From positions 160,240 to 224,239 of the forward strand of contig CAVUAG010000016.1 of assembly GCA_963739365.1 (NCBI GenBank): a stretch of DNA of 64,000 nucleotides. The letters are read 5' to 3'. Of the stretch, positions 19,469 to 27,607 are shown piece by piece (positions within the stretch are counted from its first letter, which is position 1; each line of letters begins with the position of its first letter). Source of the DNA: an uncultured Chloroflexia bacterium (GTDB lineage Bacteria; Chloroflexota; Limnocylindria; Limnocylindrales; CSP1-4). The position numbers and the translations under genes are program-made. The notes under the pieces were generated by a model, which saw only the letters and a program-made list of their open reading frames with translations, made no database searches and was not told the origin of the DNA.

Positions 19469-20095
19469 CCGACGAGCGCATGCCCCGGATGACCAACCCC
19501 GCCCCGGTGGCCGTCGATCCCGCGGCGGTGCCCGTCTCGGATCCCGCGATCGTGGCCCCGACCGACGCGCGGCGCTGCCCGCGGCAGATGCCGCGGCCCT
19601 GCCGGCGGCAGATGCGTCGCTCTTCGCGCTCGTGGACCGCCTGGCCGCGCTCCTCGAGCGGAGCGACCTGACCGAGCTCGAGGTCGAGGCCGGTGGGACC
19701 GGCATCATCCTGCGCAAGGCGGCCGCGCCCGGGCCATCGGCGCCGGCATCCGCTTCGGCGACCGCCGACGCTGCCGCGCCCGCCCTCGCCTCGACGCGCG
19801 CTGCCGCCGGGCCGTCCGGCGCCGCCCCCGCCGACGCCGCGCCCCATCTTCGGCCCGCGCCGCCGTCCTCGCACCCCTCACGGGGATCTTCTACGCCTCG
19901 CCAACCCCCGGGTCGCCGCCGTTCGTGGAGGTCGGCCGCGAGGTCGTCGAGGGCCAGGTGATCGGCCTCATCGAGGCCATGAAGCTGTTCAACGAGATCA
20001 AGTCCGACAAGTCGGGCCGCGTGGTCCGGGTCGTGCCCGAGAACGGTGCCCTGGTCAAGGCCAAGCACCCGCTCATCGAGGTGGAGCCACTGTGA
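19465..20095 (+). pseudogene. accB: biotin carboxyl carrier protein with two frame changes in Ala/Pro linkers
   Basis: ATG 19465 overlaps the fabF stop (ATGA). Frame 1: [14 protein letters not shown]... Frame 0: [33 protein letters not shown]. Frame 2: [74 protein letters not shown] (true EAMK biotinylation motif). Shifts at ~19570 and ~19850. Confidence 0.85.
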
Positions 20096-21344
20096 CGCTT
20101 CCGCCGCGCCGTTCCCGGCACGTCTCCGGCGCCCGACCCGGCGCCGGCATCGCCCGCCCCCGCCAGCCGCTTCGCTCGCATCAGCGGCTGGGGCAGCTAC
20201 GTCCCCAGCGCCGTCCTCACCAACGCCGATCTCGAGCGGATCGTCGACACCAACGACGAGTGGATCGTCTCCCGGACCGGGATCCGCGAGCGGCGGGTGG
20301 CGGCCGCCCACGAGACGACCGCCTCGATGGCCGCCGTCGCCGGCGCCCGGGCGATCGCCGTGGCGGGCCTCGACCCCGACGAGATCGACCTGATCCTCGT
20401 GGCCACCCTGACCCCCGACTACTGGATGCCGTCTACCGCGGCGCTCGTCAAGGAGGCGATCGGCAACCGCCGGGCGGCGGCGATGGACGTGGCGGCGGCC
20501 TGCTCGGGCTTCGTCTACGCGTATTCCACCGCGTACGCCTACGTGACGAGCGGGATGGCCCGCCACGTGCTCGTCGTGGGCGCGGAGCTCCTCACCCGCT
20601 TCCTCGACTACACGGACCGGGGAACGTGCATCCTCTTCGGCGACGGCGCGGGGGCCGTGGTGGTCTCGGCGTCGGACGAGCCGACCGGGCCGCACGGGAT
20701 CGAGCTCACGACCGAGCCCCAGGGCGCCTACATGATCTGGCTGCCGGCGGGCGGGTCGAAGAGCCCGTCGTCGGCCGAGACGGTAGCCCGCGGCGAGCAC
20801 TTCATCCGGATGGAGGGCAAGGAGACGTACCGCTTCGCGACGAAGACCCTGGCCTCGACGGCGCTGGCGGCGATCGAGCGGGCCGGCCTGCACCCCGACG
20901 ACATCGACCTCGTCATCCCGCACCAGGCCAACGTCCGGATCATCGAGGCCGTGGCCAAGGGCCTGGGCTTCCCGATGGAGCGGATCTTCGTCAACGTGGA
21001 CCGCTACGGGAACACCTCGGCGGCCTCGGTGCCGCTGGCTCTCGCGGAGGCGGTCGACACGGGCCGCGATCAAGGTGGGCGACAAGGTGGTGTTCGTCGC
21101 CTTCGGGGCCGGCTTCACCTCCGGCGCCGTGGCGATGGAGTGGTCGGTCGACCCGGCCAACGGCGCCCGCGCCGTGTCCGTCGACCCGGACGCCATCCGG
21201 GTCCGTCTGCCGGTCGACTGGGATTCGGTCGACCCCATCCCGCCGCAGCTCGCCGACGTCCTGGCCAGCCCGGGTCCCGTGGACGTTCCTCTCGACGACG
21301 TCGTCCCGGGCGAGCCGGAGCCGGCCCACGCGCCCGGCCGCTGA
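20092..21344 (+). pseudogene. fabH: beta-ketoacyl-ACP synthase III with two frame changes
   Basis: The body is in track ORF 20297..21505: RISGWGSYVPSAVLTNADLERIVDTNDEWIVSRTGIRERR...AAACSGFVYA...IPHQANVRII...NVDRYGNTSAASVPLAL. No start codon lies in that frame after the accB stop, whereas GTG 20092 (GTGA overlap) is in frame 1. The C-terminus (IKVGDKVVFVAFGAGFTSGAVAMEW...) is in frame 0, after an extra G at ~21068. Confidence 0.85.
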
Positions 21345-21349
21345 GGTGC

Positions 21350-21500
21350 CGCCGGCAGCCGCCGGGGTCCATGAAAGGAATCCCGGTCGAGCGCGCTCCG
21401 TTCGAAGCCCGGAATGCCGCCTTGGCCTGGATTCGGCGCCGAGCGCTACGTGGTGGGAGACGAATCCTTTCATGGAGTCCGGCGCGCCGCGCCGCTGGTC
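21350..21500 (+). repeat. long-hairpin repeat, copy A
   Basis: GGTCCATGAAAGGAATCCCGGTCGAGCGCGCTCCGTTCG...GACGAATCCTTTCATGGAGTCC. The arms are reverse complements, and the core GCTCCGTTCG is shared with copies at 40.6, 40.9, 42.1 and 46.9 kb. Starts 6 nt after the fabH stop. Confidence 0.8.
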
Positions 21501-21501
21501 G

Positions 21502-21536
21502 TTGACGAATCACGCTGACAGCGTCATTATCCGCTC
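21502..21536 (+). promoter_or_regulatory. sigma-70-type promoter with palindromic operator; leaderless start of the MNT gene
   Basis: TTGACG 21502-21507, a 17-nt spacer containing the perfect palindrome ACGCTGaCAGCGT, CATTAT 21525-21530, then 6 nt, then ATG 21537. Confidence 0.6.
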
Positions 21537-22412
21537 ATGAGTCGTCTCGTTGCGTCCGAACACGGCTTGCGCGCCCTTGTAGCCCTGTTGCAGAGACCGG
21601 AGGGTCTGCGCCCCGCTGAGGTCGCGGCGACCCTGGCGATCCCGTTCTCGAGCGCCGAGCGAGCCCTCCGCGTGCTGGTCCACGACGGGCTCATCGAGCA
21701 TCGCGATCGCCGGTTCAGGCTTCTCGCGAACGCCCGCTGCGACGCTGCGGTCCACTTCGCGCTCGCGATGATCGAGCCGGCCGAGACGCTGGCCGTCCTT
21801 GCCCGCTCCAACCCCGCCGTCGAGTTCGCCGGCGTCGACGCAGGCGGCGCCGTCCTCGTGATCCGGCGCTTCGCCGAGCCCGCCGCCGAGGCGCTCCTCC
21901 ACGCAGCCCTCGCCGACCTGGGCGCCCTTCACGGCGCCGTGCGCATCGAGCTTCTCGACAAGTCCACCCTGCGCGAGCGCCTGCTCGACGATCGGGCGCC
22001 GCGCGACCGTGCCCTCGGGATGCGCGTCCTGGCCGGATCCGTCGATCGCTCGTTCCCGGACCGGTCGCGGCACGGCGACGAACACGCCCGGCTCCTGCGG
22101 CGCCTGCACGACGGCGTCGTCGTCCCGAGCGATCGCCGCCTCCACGCTCTCGCGCGCAGTCACGGCCTGCGCCGCCTGGTGGCGTTCGGCTCCGCGACCC
22201 GCGCCGACTTCCGACCTGACTCCGACCTGGATCTGCTCGTTGAGCCGGCCGCCGGTCGCCGCCTCGGCCTGCGCGAGCGCGCGGCCCTCATTGCCGACGC
22301 CGAGATGCTTTTCGGGCGCGACGTGGATCTCGTGGCCGCCGGCGAGGTTCTAACCGCGCTCGCCGAACGGATCGCCCGCGAGGGCGTGGTCCTCCATGGA
22401 CCCGCGGCATAG
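21537..22412 (+). CDS. winged-helix + linker + MNT-type nucleotidyltransferase (antitoxin-like, unusually long)
   Basis: Track ORF 21537..22412. N-terminus: LRALVALLQRPEGLRPAEVAATLAIPFSSAERALRVLVHDGLIE (wHTH-like). C-terminus: LVAFGSATRADFRPDSDLDLLVE (GS...DxD NTase motif). Confidence 0.75.
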   Translation: MSRLVASEHGLRALVALLQRPEGLRPAEVAATLAIPFSSAERALRVLVHDGLIEHRDRRFRLLANARCDAAVHFALAMIEPAETLAVLARSNPAVEFAGVDAGGAVLVIRRFAEPAAEALLHAALADLGALHGAVRIELLDKSTLRERLLDDRAPRDRALGMRVLAGSVDRSFPDRSRHGDEHARLLRRLHDGVVVPSDRRLHALARSHGLRRLVAFGSATRADFRPDSDLDLLVEPAAGRRLGLRERAALIADAEMLFGRDVDLVAAGEVLTALAERIAREGVVLHGPAA

Positions 22413-22746
22413 GCGCGCGCTCGAGGCGATCCTCGAGCACTGCGCGAAGATCGAGTCGTACGTCGCTGCTGCCGGACCCGACTGGCAGGACGACGACATG
22501 GCCGTCGATGCCATCGCAAAGCGCCTCGAGGAGACCGGTGAGCAGGCGAAGCTGCTCTCGCCGGAGCTGCTCCTCGCGATGCCCGAGGTGGACTGGCGCG
22601 GCCTCAAGGGGCTGCGCGACTTCCTGGCTCACAACTACCCGGCGGTCGTGGTAGGAATCATCGCCTCCGCTCTCGAAGACGATCTCCCGGTCCTCGTGGA
22701 AGCCGTTCGGCGCCACCTGACCGGCGACCCCCAGCCGAAAGGATGA
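22396..22746 (+). CDS. HEPN (DUF86/HepT-like) toxin
   Basis: Track ORF 22396..22746, with a 17-nt overlap with the MNT gene. Rx4H motif in WRGLKGLRDFLAHNY. Confidence 0.8.
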   Translation: MDPRHRRALEAILEHCAKIESYVAAAGPDWQDDDMAVDAIAKRLEETGEQAKLLSPELLLAMPEVDWRGLKGLRDFLAHNYPAVVVGIIASALEDDLPVLVEAVRRHLTGDPQPKG

Positions 22747-23502
22747 GCAGCATGATCGATCTCACCGGCAAGGTCGCCATCGTCACCGGCGGCTCGCGCG
22801 GCATCGGCCGGGCCGTCTCGCTCATGCTCGGCCGGCAGGGCGCCGACGTCGCGTTCATCGACCGCGCCGCCTGCCTGCTCGACGACCACACGAAGGGCGA
22901 CGTCGAGGCCCTCGGCCGGCGCTCCATCTGCGTGGGCGGTGACGTGACCTCGCCCGAGCTCCTGCGCCGAGACCGTCGAGGAGACCCTCAAGGCGTTCGG
23001 CCGGATCGACATCCTCGTCAACAACGCCGGCATCACGCGCGACGACCTGGCAATGCGGATGACCGACCAGGCCTGGGCGGACGTCCTCAACGTGAACCTG
23101 ACCGGGTCGTTCTACATGGCCAGGGCGGTGCTCCGGCCTATGCTCAAGCAGCGCTCGGGGCGGATCATCAACATGTCGAGCGTGTCGGGGCAGATGGGAA
23201 ACGCGGGCCAGGCCAACTACTCGGCCTCGAAGGCGGGGCTGATCGGGCTCACCAAGGCGCTCGCGCGCGAGGTCGCATCGCGCGGGATCACCGTCAACGC
23301 CGTGGCGCCCGGCTTCGTCCTCACCGAGCTCACCGAGGGCCTGCCGGACAACGTCAAGGACGCGATCAAGGGCGCCACGCCGCTGGGCCGCTTCGCCACC
23401 GCCGACGAGATCGCGGCCGCGGTCACGTTCCTGGCCTCCGACGAGGCCGGCTACATCACGGGCCAGGTGCTGGGGGTCGACGGCGGCCTCGCGATGATGT
23501 AG
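22743..23502 (+). pseudogene. fabG: 3-oxoacyl-ACP reductase with one +1 shift at ~22959
   Basis: Frame 0: MSSMIDLTGKVAIVTGGSRGIGRAV...GGDVTSPE. Frame 1: SCAETVEETLKAFGRIDILVNNAGITRD...NMSSVSGQMGNAGQANYSASKAGLIGLTKALA...GQVLGVDGGLAMM. The ATG overlaps the HEPN stop (ATGA). Confidence 0.85.
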
Positions 23503-23599
23503 GAGCCGCGAGCCGCGGGCTGGCAGGGCCGGGGCGCCGCCCGCCGCACGCAGCGCGCGGCTTCGGGCCCTGCGCCGATGCCCGCGATCGCCCGCTCGC

Positions 23600-23870
23600 G
23601 AGCGCTCCGCTTCCAGGGCGTTGCCCCAGCCCGCCGCCCCGCCGCCGCCTGCCCGGCCCGCCGCCGCCTGCCCGGCCCGCCGCGCCGATCTCACCGCCCC
23701 GCCGCCCCGCCCGCGGGCCGCCCGATCCCCGCCGTCCCCGTCGCCGCCCCGCCGCCCCAACCCGCGGCCCGCCCGCCGCCCGATCTCGCCGCCCGCGCAC
23801 GTCGCCCCGACCCGCGGCCCGCGGGTCGCCCCAACCCGCCGCCACTTCTCTCACCAATGTGCCGCTCCAC
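23600..23870. repeat. C-rich degenerate ~50-nt tandem repeats with a G4/i-motif-capable tract
   Basis: Recurring CCGCCCGATC(N)C and CGCCCCAACCCGCGG blocks. 23727-23758 reads C4-gccgt-C4-gtcgccg-C4-gccg-C4. Lies between the convergent fabG and HTH-nuclease genes. Confidence 0.6.
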
Positions 23871-23943
23871 AGCACTACCGATGTTCGCCGGCGGGGCGAG
23901 TCGCCTCGCAGGCTGCGCCGCCGCTTGGTGACGCCCAATTCCC

Positions 23944-24855
23944 TCACTTGTGCGCCGCCTGCTGATCACTGACGAGGGAATCGAGCTTCACGGACTGCCG
24001 CCGAGGCCTCCTGACCCGCTTCGTCGGGCCGAGTCTCCCGCTAGTGCTGCCCACTGTGACATTGGCGAGGAAACTGAGCCCGTTGACCGCGCCGCCACCC
24101 GCCGCGCCGCCAGCCGCGCCGCCGCCACCCGCCGCGCCGCCACCCGCGCCGCCACCCGCGCCGCCGCCACTCGGTCGCGCCGTGTCCGGTTGCGAGCTGC
24201 GCGATGGATCGGCGAGCCATCGTCGCAGGAACCGGCCGTCGAGGGGAAACGCGTTGCGCAGCATCAGCCGGTGGCGCGCGAGCTGATCCCGGTTGAGGTC
24301 CGACTCGGCGACGAGAACCCAGCTCGCGACGTTCAGCGGATCCCAGCCTCGGTCACGACCGAACTTCGGGGCAAGCCGCCGATAGCGGTCGACCTGGGCG
24401 ACGAGCCCGGCCGGGTCCGGGAGCTCCGTCTTCAGTTCGATGACCAGGAGCGTGCGCGATGCCGCGTGCCAGGCAAGGATGTCAACCGATCCGCGCTCGC
24501 CCCACTCCGAGAACGAGACCTCAGTCGCGAACTCCCAGCCGGGCGTTGCGGCCAGTCGCGCCCCGACCATCTCGTGCATCCGCGAGTGGCGCTCGTTGAC
24601 GAGCCGTACCCCGTCACCGCCGCGCCACGATGCGCCGATCTCGACCCGGATCTCCAGCTCTGATGCGATCGAGCGCAATTGGCCGATCGAGATTGCGTCG
24701 AGGTGGCCGCGCTCGAGCGCCGACACGCGCCACCGGGCGACGCCGGCGCCCGCCGCAACGTCCTCCTGTCGCTCCCGACTTCGGACCCGCACCACGCGGA
24801 ACAGGGCCCCGACCTGCTGATCGCGCACGAGCCGATGATGGCGAGTGCCGCTCAT
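23944..24855 (-). CDS. XRE-type HTH protein with C-terminal PD-(D/E)xK-like domain and Gly/Ala tail (paralog 1)
   Basis: Last 304 aa of track ORF 23944..25371(-), from MSGTRHHRLV. HTH: RSRERQEDVAAGAGVARWRVSALERGHLDAISIGQLRSIASEL. Core: GERGSVDILAWHAASRTLLVIELKTEL. Tail: GGGAGGGAGGGAAGGGGAAGGAAGGGA. Confidence 0.7.
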   Translation of the reverse strand: MSGTRHHRLVRDQQVGALFRVVRVRSRERQEDVAAGAGVARWRVSALERGHLDAISIGQLRSIASELEIRVEIGASWRGGDGVRLVNERHSRMHEMVGARLAATPGWEFATEVSFSEWGERGSVDILAWHAASRTLLVIELKTELPDPAGLVAQVDRYRRLAPKFGRDRGWDPLNVASWVLVAESDLNRDQLARHRLMLRNAFPLDGRFLRRWLADPSRSSQPDTARPSGGGAGGGAGGGAAGGGGAAGGAAGGGAVNGLSFLANVTVGSTSGRLGPTKRVRRPRRQSVKLDSLVSDQQAAHK

Positions 24856-24872
24856 CGCCCACGCATCCGCGG

Positions 24873-24920
24873 CTGCACCCGGGCTGCACCCGCTGCACCA
24901 CCGCTGCACGCCAACTGCAC
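24873..24920. promoter_or_regulatory. five phased direct repeats of CTGCAC (iteron-like) upstream of the HTH-nuclease gene
   Basis: CTGCAC at 24873, 24884, 24893, 24904 and 24915 (spacing 11, 9, 11, 11 nt). The array begins 18 nt upstream of the ATG at 24855, in the divergent region shared with the ECF sigma gene. Confidence 0.55.
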
Positions 24921-25067
24921 CGCGACTCGTTGGTGACCCCGCCGCGCGATCCCGTGTGGCAGACTCACGCCAACGGGCGCCCGGCGCCTGCGTGAGCATG
25001 TGCCCGACAACGGCGGGCTGAGTGCCACGCGGGGCCCGACGCGGCCGTTCGACCGCTCGGAGGAGAC

Positions 25068-25871
25068 GTGGACGAGTGGGGTCGGGACGAGGTAGAGCTC
25101 GTCCGACGCTGCAGGGAGGGCTCGGAGGCGGCGTACGCCGCGCTCGTGCGCCAGCATCGACCCCGCCTCTACGCGCTCGCCTACCGCCTGCTGCTCGACC
25201 GCGAGGCCGCCGAGGACGTCGTCCAGGAGACCTTCCTGTCGGCCTTCCGCCAGATCGAGCGCTTCGAGCCGCGGCCGTCGGTCGCCGCCTGGCTGAACAC
25301 CATCGCCCTCCGCACCGCGAGCCGAGCCGCTTCTCGCCAGCGCGCCCGCCCGAAGACATCGCTCGACGCACCGGCCGGCCACGCGGCCGACGCCGGCGAC
25401 TGGGACGGCGACGCGCTGGCCCTGGCCGACCCCGACCCGACCGCCGACCCGCAGGCAGCCGTCGAAGCCGCCGACCTCCGCCGGGCGGTCGGGGCCGCCA
25501 TCGCCGCCCTGCCGTTCAAGTACCGCGCGGCCGTCGTGCTGCGCCACGTCATGGGCCTCGACTACGCGGAGGCCGCCCGCGCCCTCGACATCCCGCTCAA
25601 CACGTTCAAGAGCCACCTCCTGCGGGGGACGAAGCAGCTCCGCGAGGCGCTTGCGGCCGAGCTGGAGGCGTCGGCAGGCGGCGGCGCGAAGGTGACCCCG
25701 ACCGAGATGGCGGGGCCGGCGACAGCTACGGGCGGCCCCGAGCTGGCCGGCACGGCGGCGATGACAACGGCGGCGATGACCGCAGCGGACGACGGGCCGA
25801 ACGGGCGCCTGCCGGGCGAGACCCGAACGACTGCCGAACGGAAGGCCGCGAAGCGCACCGCCGGCGGCTGA
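25068..25871 (+). CDS. ECF-type RNA polymerase sigma factor with long C-terminal tail
   Basis: Track ORF 25068..25871: YAALVRQHRPRLYALAYRLLLDREAAEDVVQETFLSAF; PFKYRAAVVLRHVMGLDYAEAARALDIPLNTFKSHLLRG. GGAGGAG lies upstream of the GTG. Confidence 0.88.
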   Translation: MDEWGRDEVELVRRCREGSEAAYAALVRQHRPRLYALAYRLLLDREAAEDVVQETFLSAFRQIERFEPRPSVAAWLNTIALRTASRAASRQRARPKTSLDAPAGHAADAGDWDGDALALADPDPTADPQAAVEAADLRRAVGAAIAALPFKYRAAVVLRHVMGLDYAEAARALDIPLNTFKSHLLRGTKQLREALAAELEASAGGGAKVTPTEMAGPATATGGPELAGTAAMTTAAMTAADDGPNGRLPGETRTTAERKAAKRTAGG

Positions 25872-25911
25872 CCGACAGGCGGGGACGCCAGCGGGCCGCG
25901 ACCCGGGAGCC

Positions 25912-26109
25912 GTGCGCCAGCAGCTGATTCGTCAGCTGGCGCTCCCGCGTCCGTATGACCTCGACAGGGTGAAGCTCGACGAGTATCGAGGGCTCGTTCC
26001 CGAGTGGCACGATTGGGCGACCGTCACCCGCCAATGCGCGGGGATCGCGAACCAGATGGCGAATGCAGTGGCCACGAAGCGCGCGGGATGGGACGACATC
26101 AGGGAGTAG
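25912..26109 (+). CDS. hypothetical small protein (65 aa)
   Basis: Track ORF. Non-artefactual composition (LALPRPYDLDRVKLDEYRGLVPEWHDWATVTRQCAGIANQMANAV) in a visibly less GC-rich patch. No family recognised. Confidence 0.35.
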   Translation: MRQQLIRQLALPRPYDLDRVKLDEYRGLVPEWHDWATVTRQCAGIANQMANAVATKRAGWDDIRE

Positions 26110-26124
26110 GATCCGTCCACTGCC

Positions 26125-26364
26125 ATGCGCCATCGACACTTGGACCACCAGCGACTCACGCTCGCCGCGCTCGACGATCTCATCGAGAACGGCACGCTCG
26201 CCGACTGGCGCCCCGTGCTCGCGCGCCTCCGGCGCGATCCCGAAGGACCGGTGGCGTCACGCGTCGCGGAGCTCTTGCGCACGCGGGATTACGAAGAGAG
26301 TGGTGCTCTCTGGACCAACTTCCTCGAGCAGGCCCGCGCACGCGCGAAGGTCGCCGGCGGCTGA
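26125..26364 (+). CDS. hypothetical small protein (79 aa)
   Basis: Track ORF: MRHRHLDHQRLTLAALDDLIENGTLADWRPVLARLRRDPEGPVASRVAELLRTRDYEESGALW. Ordinary protein-like composition. No family recognised. Confidence 0.4.
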   Translation: MRHRHLDHQRLTLAALDDLIENGTLADWRPVLARLRRDPEGPVASRVAELLRTRDYEESGALWTNFLEQARARAKVAGG

Positions 26365-26458
26365 GCGCGCGGGGGCTGCCGACGCGCCGCCGGGCACCAG
26401 ACCGACTCCAAGCCTCAAGTAAGAGACTGATGAACGCGCACGACGATGCTTGCGCGCC

Positions 26459-26869
26459 ATGTCGTACCAGGCCATCTACTACCGCGACAGCGACGGCAAC
26501 GAACCGGTCAACCAGGCAATCGATCGTCTGCCTGATGAATGCCAGGACAGCGTCGACTGGAGCATCGGCCTACTGAACAGCCTGTCGGACGCGCGACCAG
26601 GACTGCCGCACCCCTATTCCTCTGCGCTCAAGGGCGGCAAGTACCGAGCGTTCCGGGAGCTGCGCACGAGCTGCGGGGGCACCCACTACCGGATCATCTT
26701 CCGGCGCTCCCATCGCTTCCTGATACTCCTGCACATCTTCCGCAAAGACACCGACCAGGTTCCGGAGGCGGAGAAGAAGCTCGCGCTCGAGCGGTGGATC
26801 GACTTCACACGTCGAATGGACGCCCCGGTCCGCAACCCGCCACGGGCGATGGGCAGGGACGCCCCCTGA
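26459..26869 (+). CDS. RelE/ParE-superfamily toxin (HigB / Gp49-like)
   Basis: Within track ORF 26450..26869: MSYQAIYYRDSDGNEPVNQAIDRL...FRELRTSCGGTHYRIIFRRSHRFLILLHIFRKDTDQVPEAEKKLALERWIDF. Confidence 0.75.
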   Translation: MSYQAIYYRDSDGNEPVNQAIDRLPDECQDSVDWSIGLLNSLSDARPGLPHPYSSALKGGKYRAFRELRTSCGGTHYRIIFRRSHRFLILLHIFRKDTDQVPEAEKKLALERWIDFTRRMDAPVRNPPRAMGRDAP

Positions 26870-26876
26870 TCCTGTC

Positions 26877-26904
26877 TTGACAGACTTAGCAGGCACGCTA
26901 AGAT
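26877..26904 (+). promoter_or_regulatory. promoter with inverted-repeat operator upstream of the antitoxin
   Basis: TTGACA 26877-26882, 16-nt spacer, TAAGAT 26899-26904. CTTAGCaggcacGCTAAG (26885-26902) overlaps the spacer and the -10. GGGAGG lies upstream of ATG 26929. Confidence 0.6.
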
Positions 26905-26928
26905 CCCGCCGTGGGAGGCACCCAGTAG

Positions 26929-27390
26929 ATGACCACCAAAGACCAGATCAGCCCCTTCGGGGCAACGGCAGAGGCTGCGTCGGCCGGCCGCTTCGCCCGG
27001 AGCGAGCGCTATCGCGCACAGCACGATCATCTCGCGCCGTGTCGCGCGATCGCCAAGGCGGTCATCCTGGCGCGCGCCGACAATGGCTGGACGCAGAAGC
27101 GACTCGCAGAGGCAATCGGCACGACGGACACTGCCATCTCGCGCGTCGAAAGCGGCCGCCATCCGATCAGCCTGCAGACCCTCACGAAGCTCGGCTCCGC
27201 CCTCGACATCGCATTCGTCGTCGGGTCCGCGTCGGCGACGCAGCACCTGACCAGTGCCAGCCGCTGCGTCATCATCCCGGAGGCAGCGATCGATAGGTCG
27301 GTGTGCCCGCGCGCTCTCGCGCCGGAGGCATCCTCCCGCGTGTCCGCCGCCCCGACGGCCCCGGGTCTCATCGCGACGGACGCGTCGTGA
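26929..27390 (+). CDS. XRE-family HTH antitoxin (HigA-like)
   Basis: Track ORF 26929..27390: ARADNGWTQKRLAEAIGTTDTAISRVESGRHPISLQTLTKLGSALD. Confidence 0.75.
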   Translation: MTTKDQISPFGATAEAASAGRFARSERYRAQHDHLAPCRAIAKAVILARADNGWTQKRLAEAIGTTDTAISRVESGRHPISLQTLTKLGSALDIAFVVGSASATQHLTSASRCVIIPEAAIDRSVCPRALAPEASSRVSAAPTAPGLIATDAS

Positions 27391-27607
27391 CCGTGTGCGG
27401 ACGTGGGTCCGGCTCGACGGCTTGCCGTTCAGGGCAGATGTCGCTCGGGTGATGCAGGCGGTTGCCTTCCGCATCCTCGAGGGCGCACGCTGACGTCGGC
27501 CTCAGGCGCCTACCCGCGCAAAGCGCGCGCGCACCTGGTCGGCGCGGGGCGCAGCGCCACCTGACAACCCCTGCAACTTTCCCGGTCTTCCCCGCCATGT
27601 ACAGGGT

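Noticed and set aside
23503-23943. Pro-rich plus-strand ORFs (23578..23931, 23621..23965) as a secreted proline-rich protein
   Set aside because: There is no credible start or RBS and no signal peptide. All three frames are open because the DNA is a C-rich degenerate repeat. I treat it as non-coding repeat DNA.
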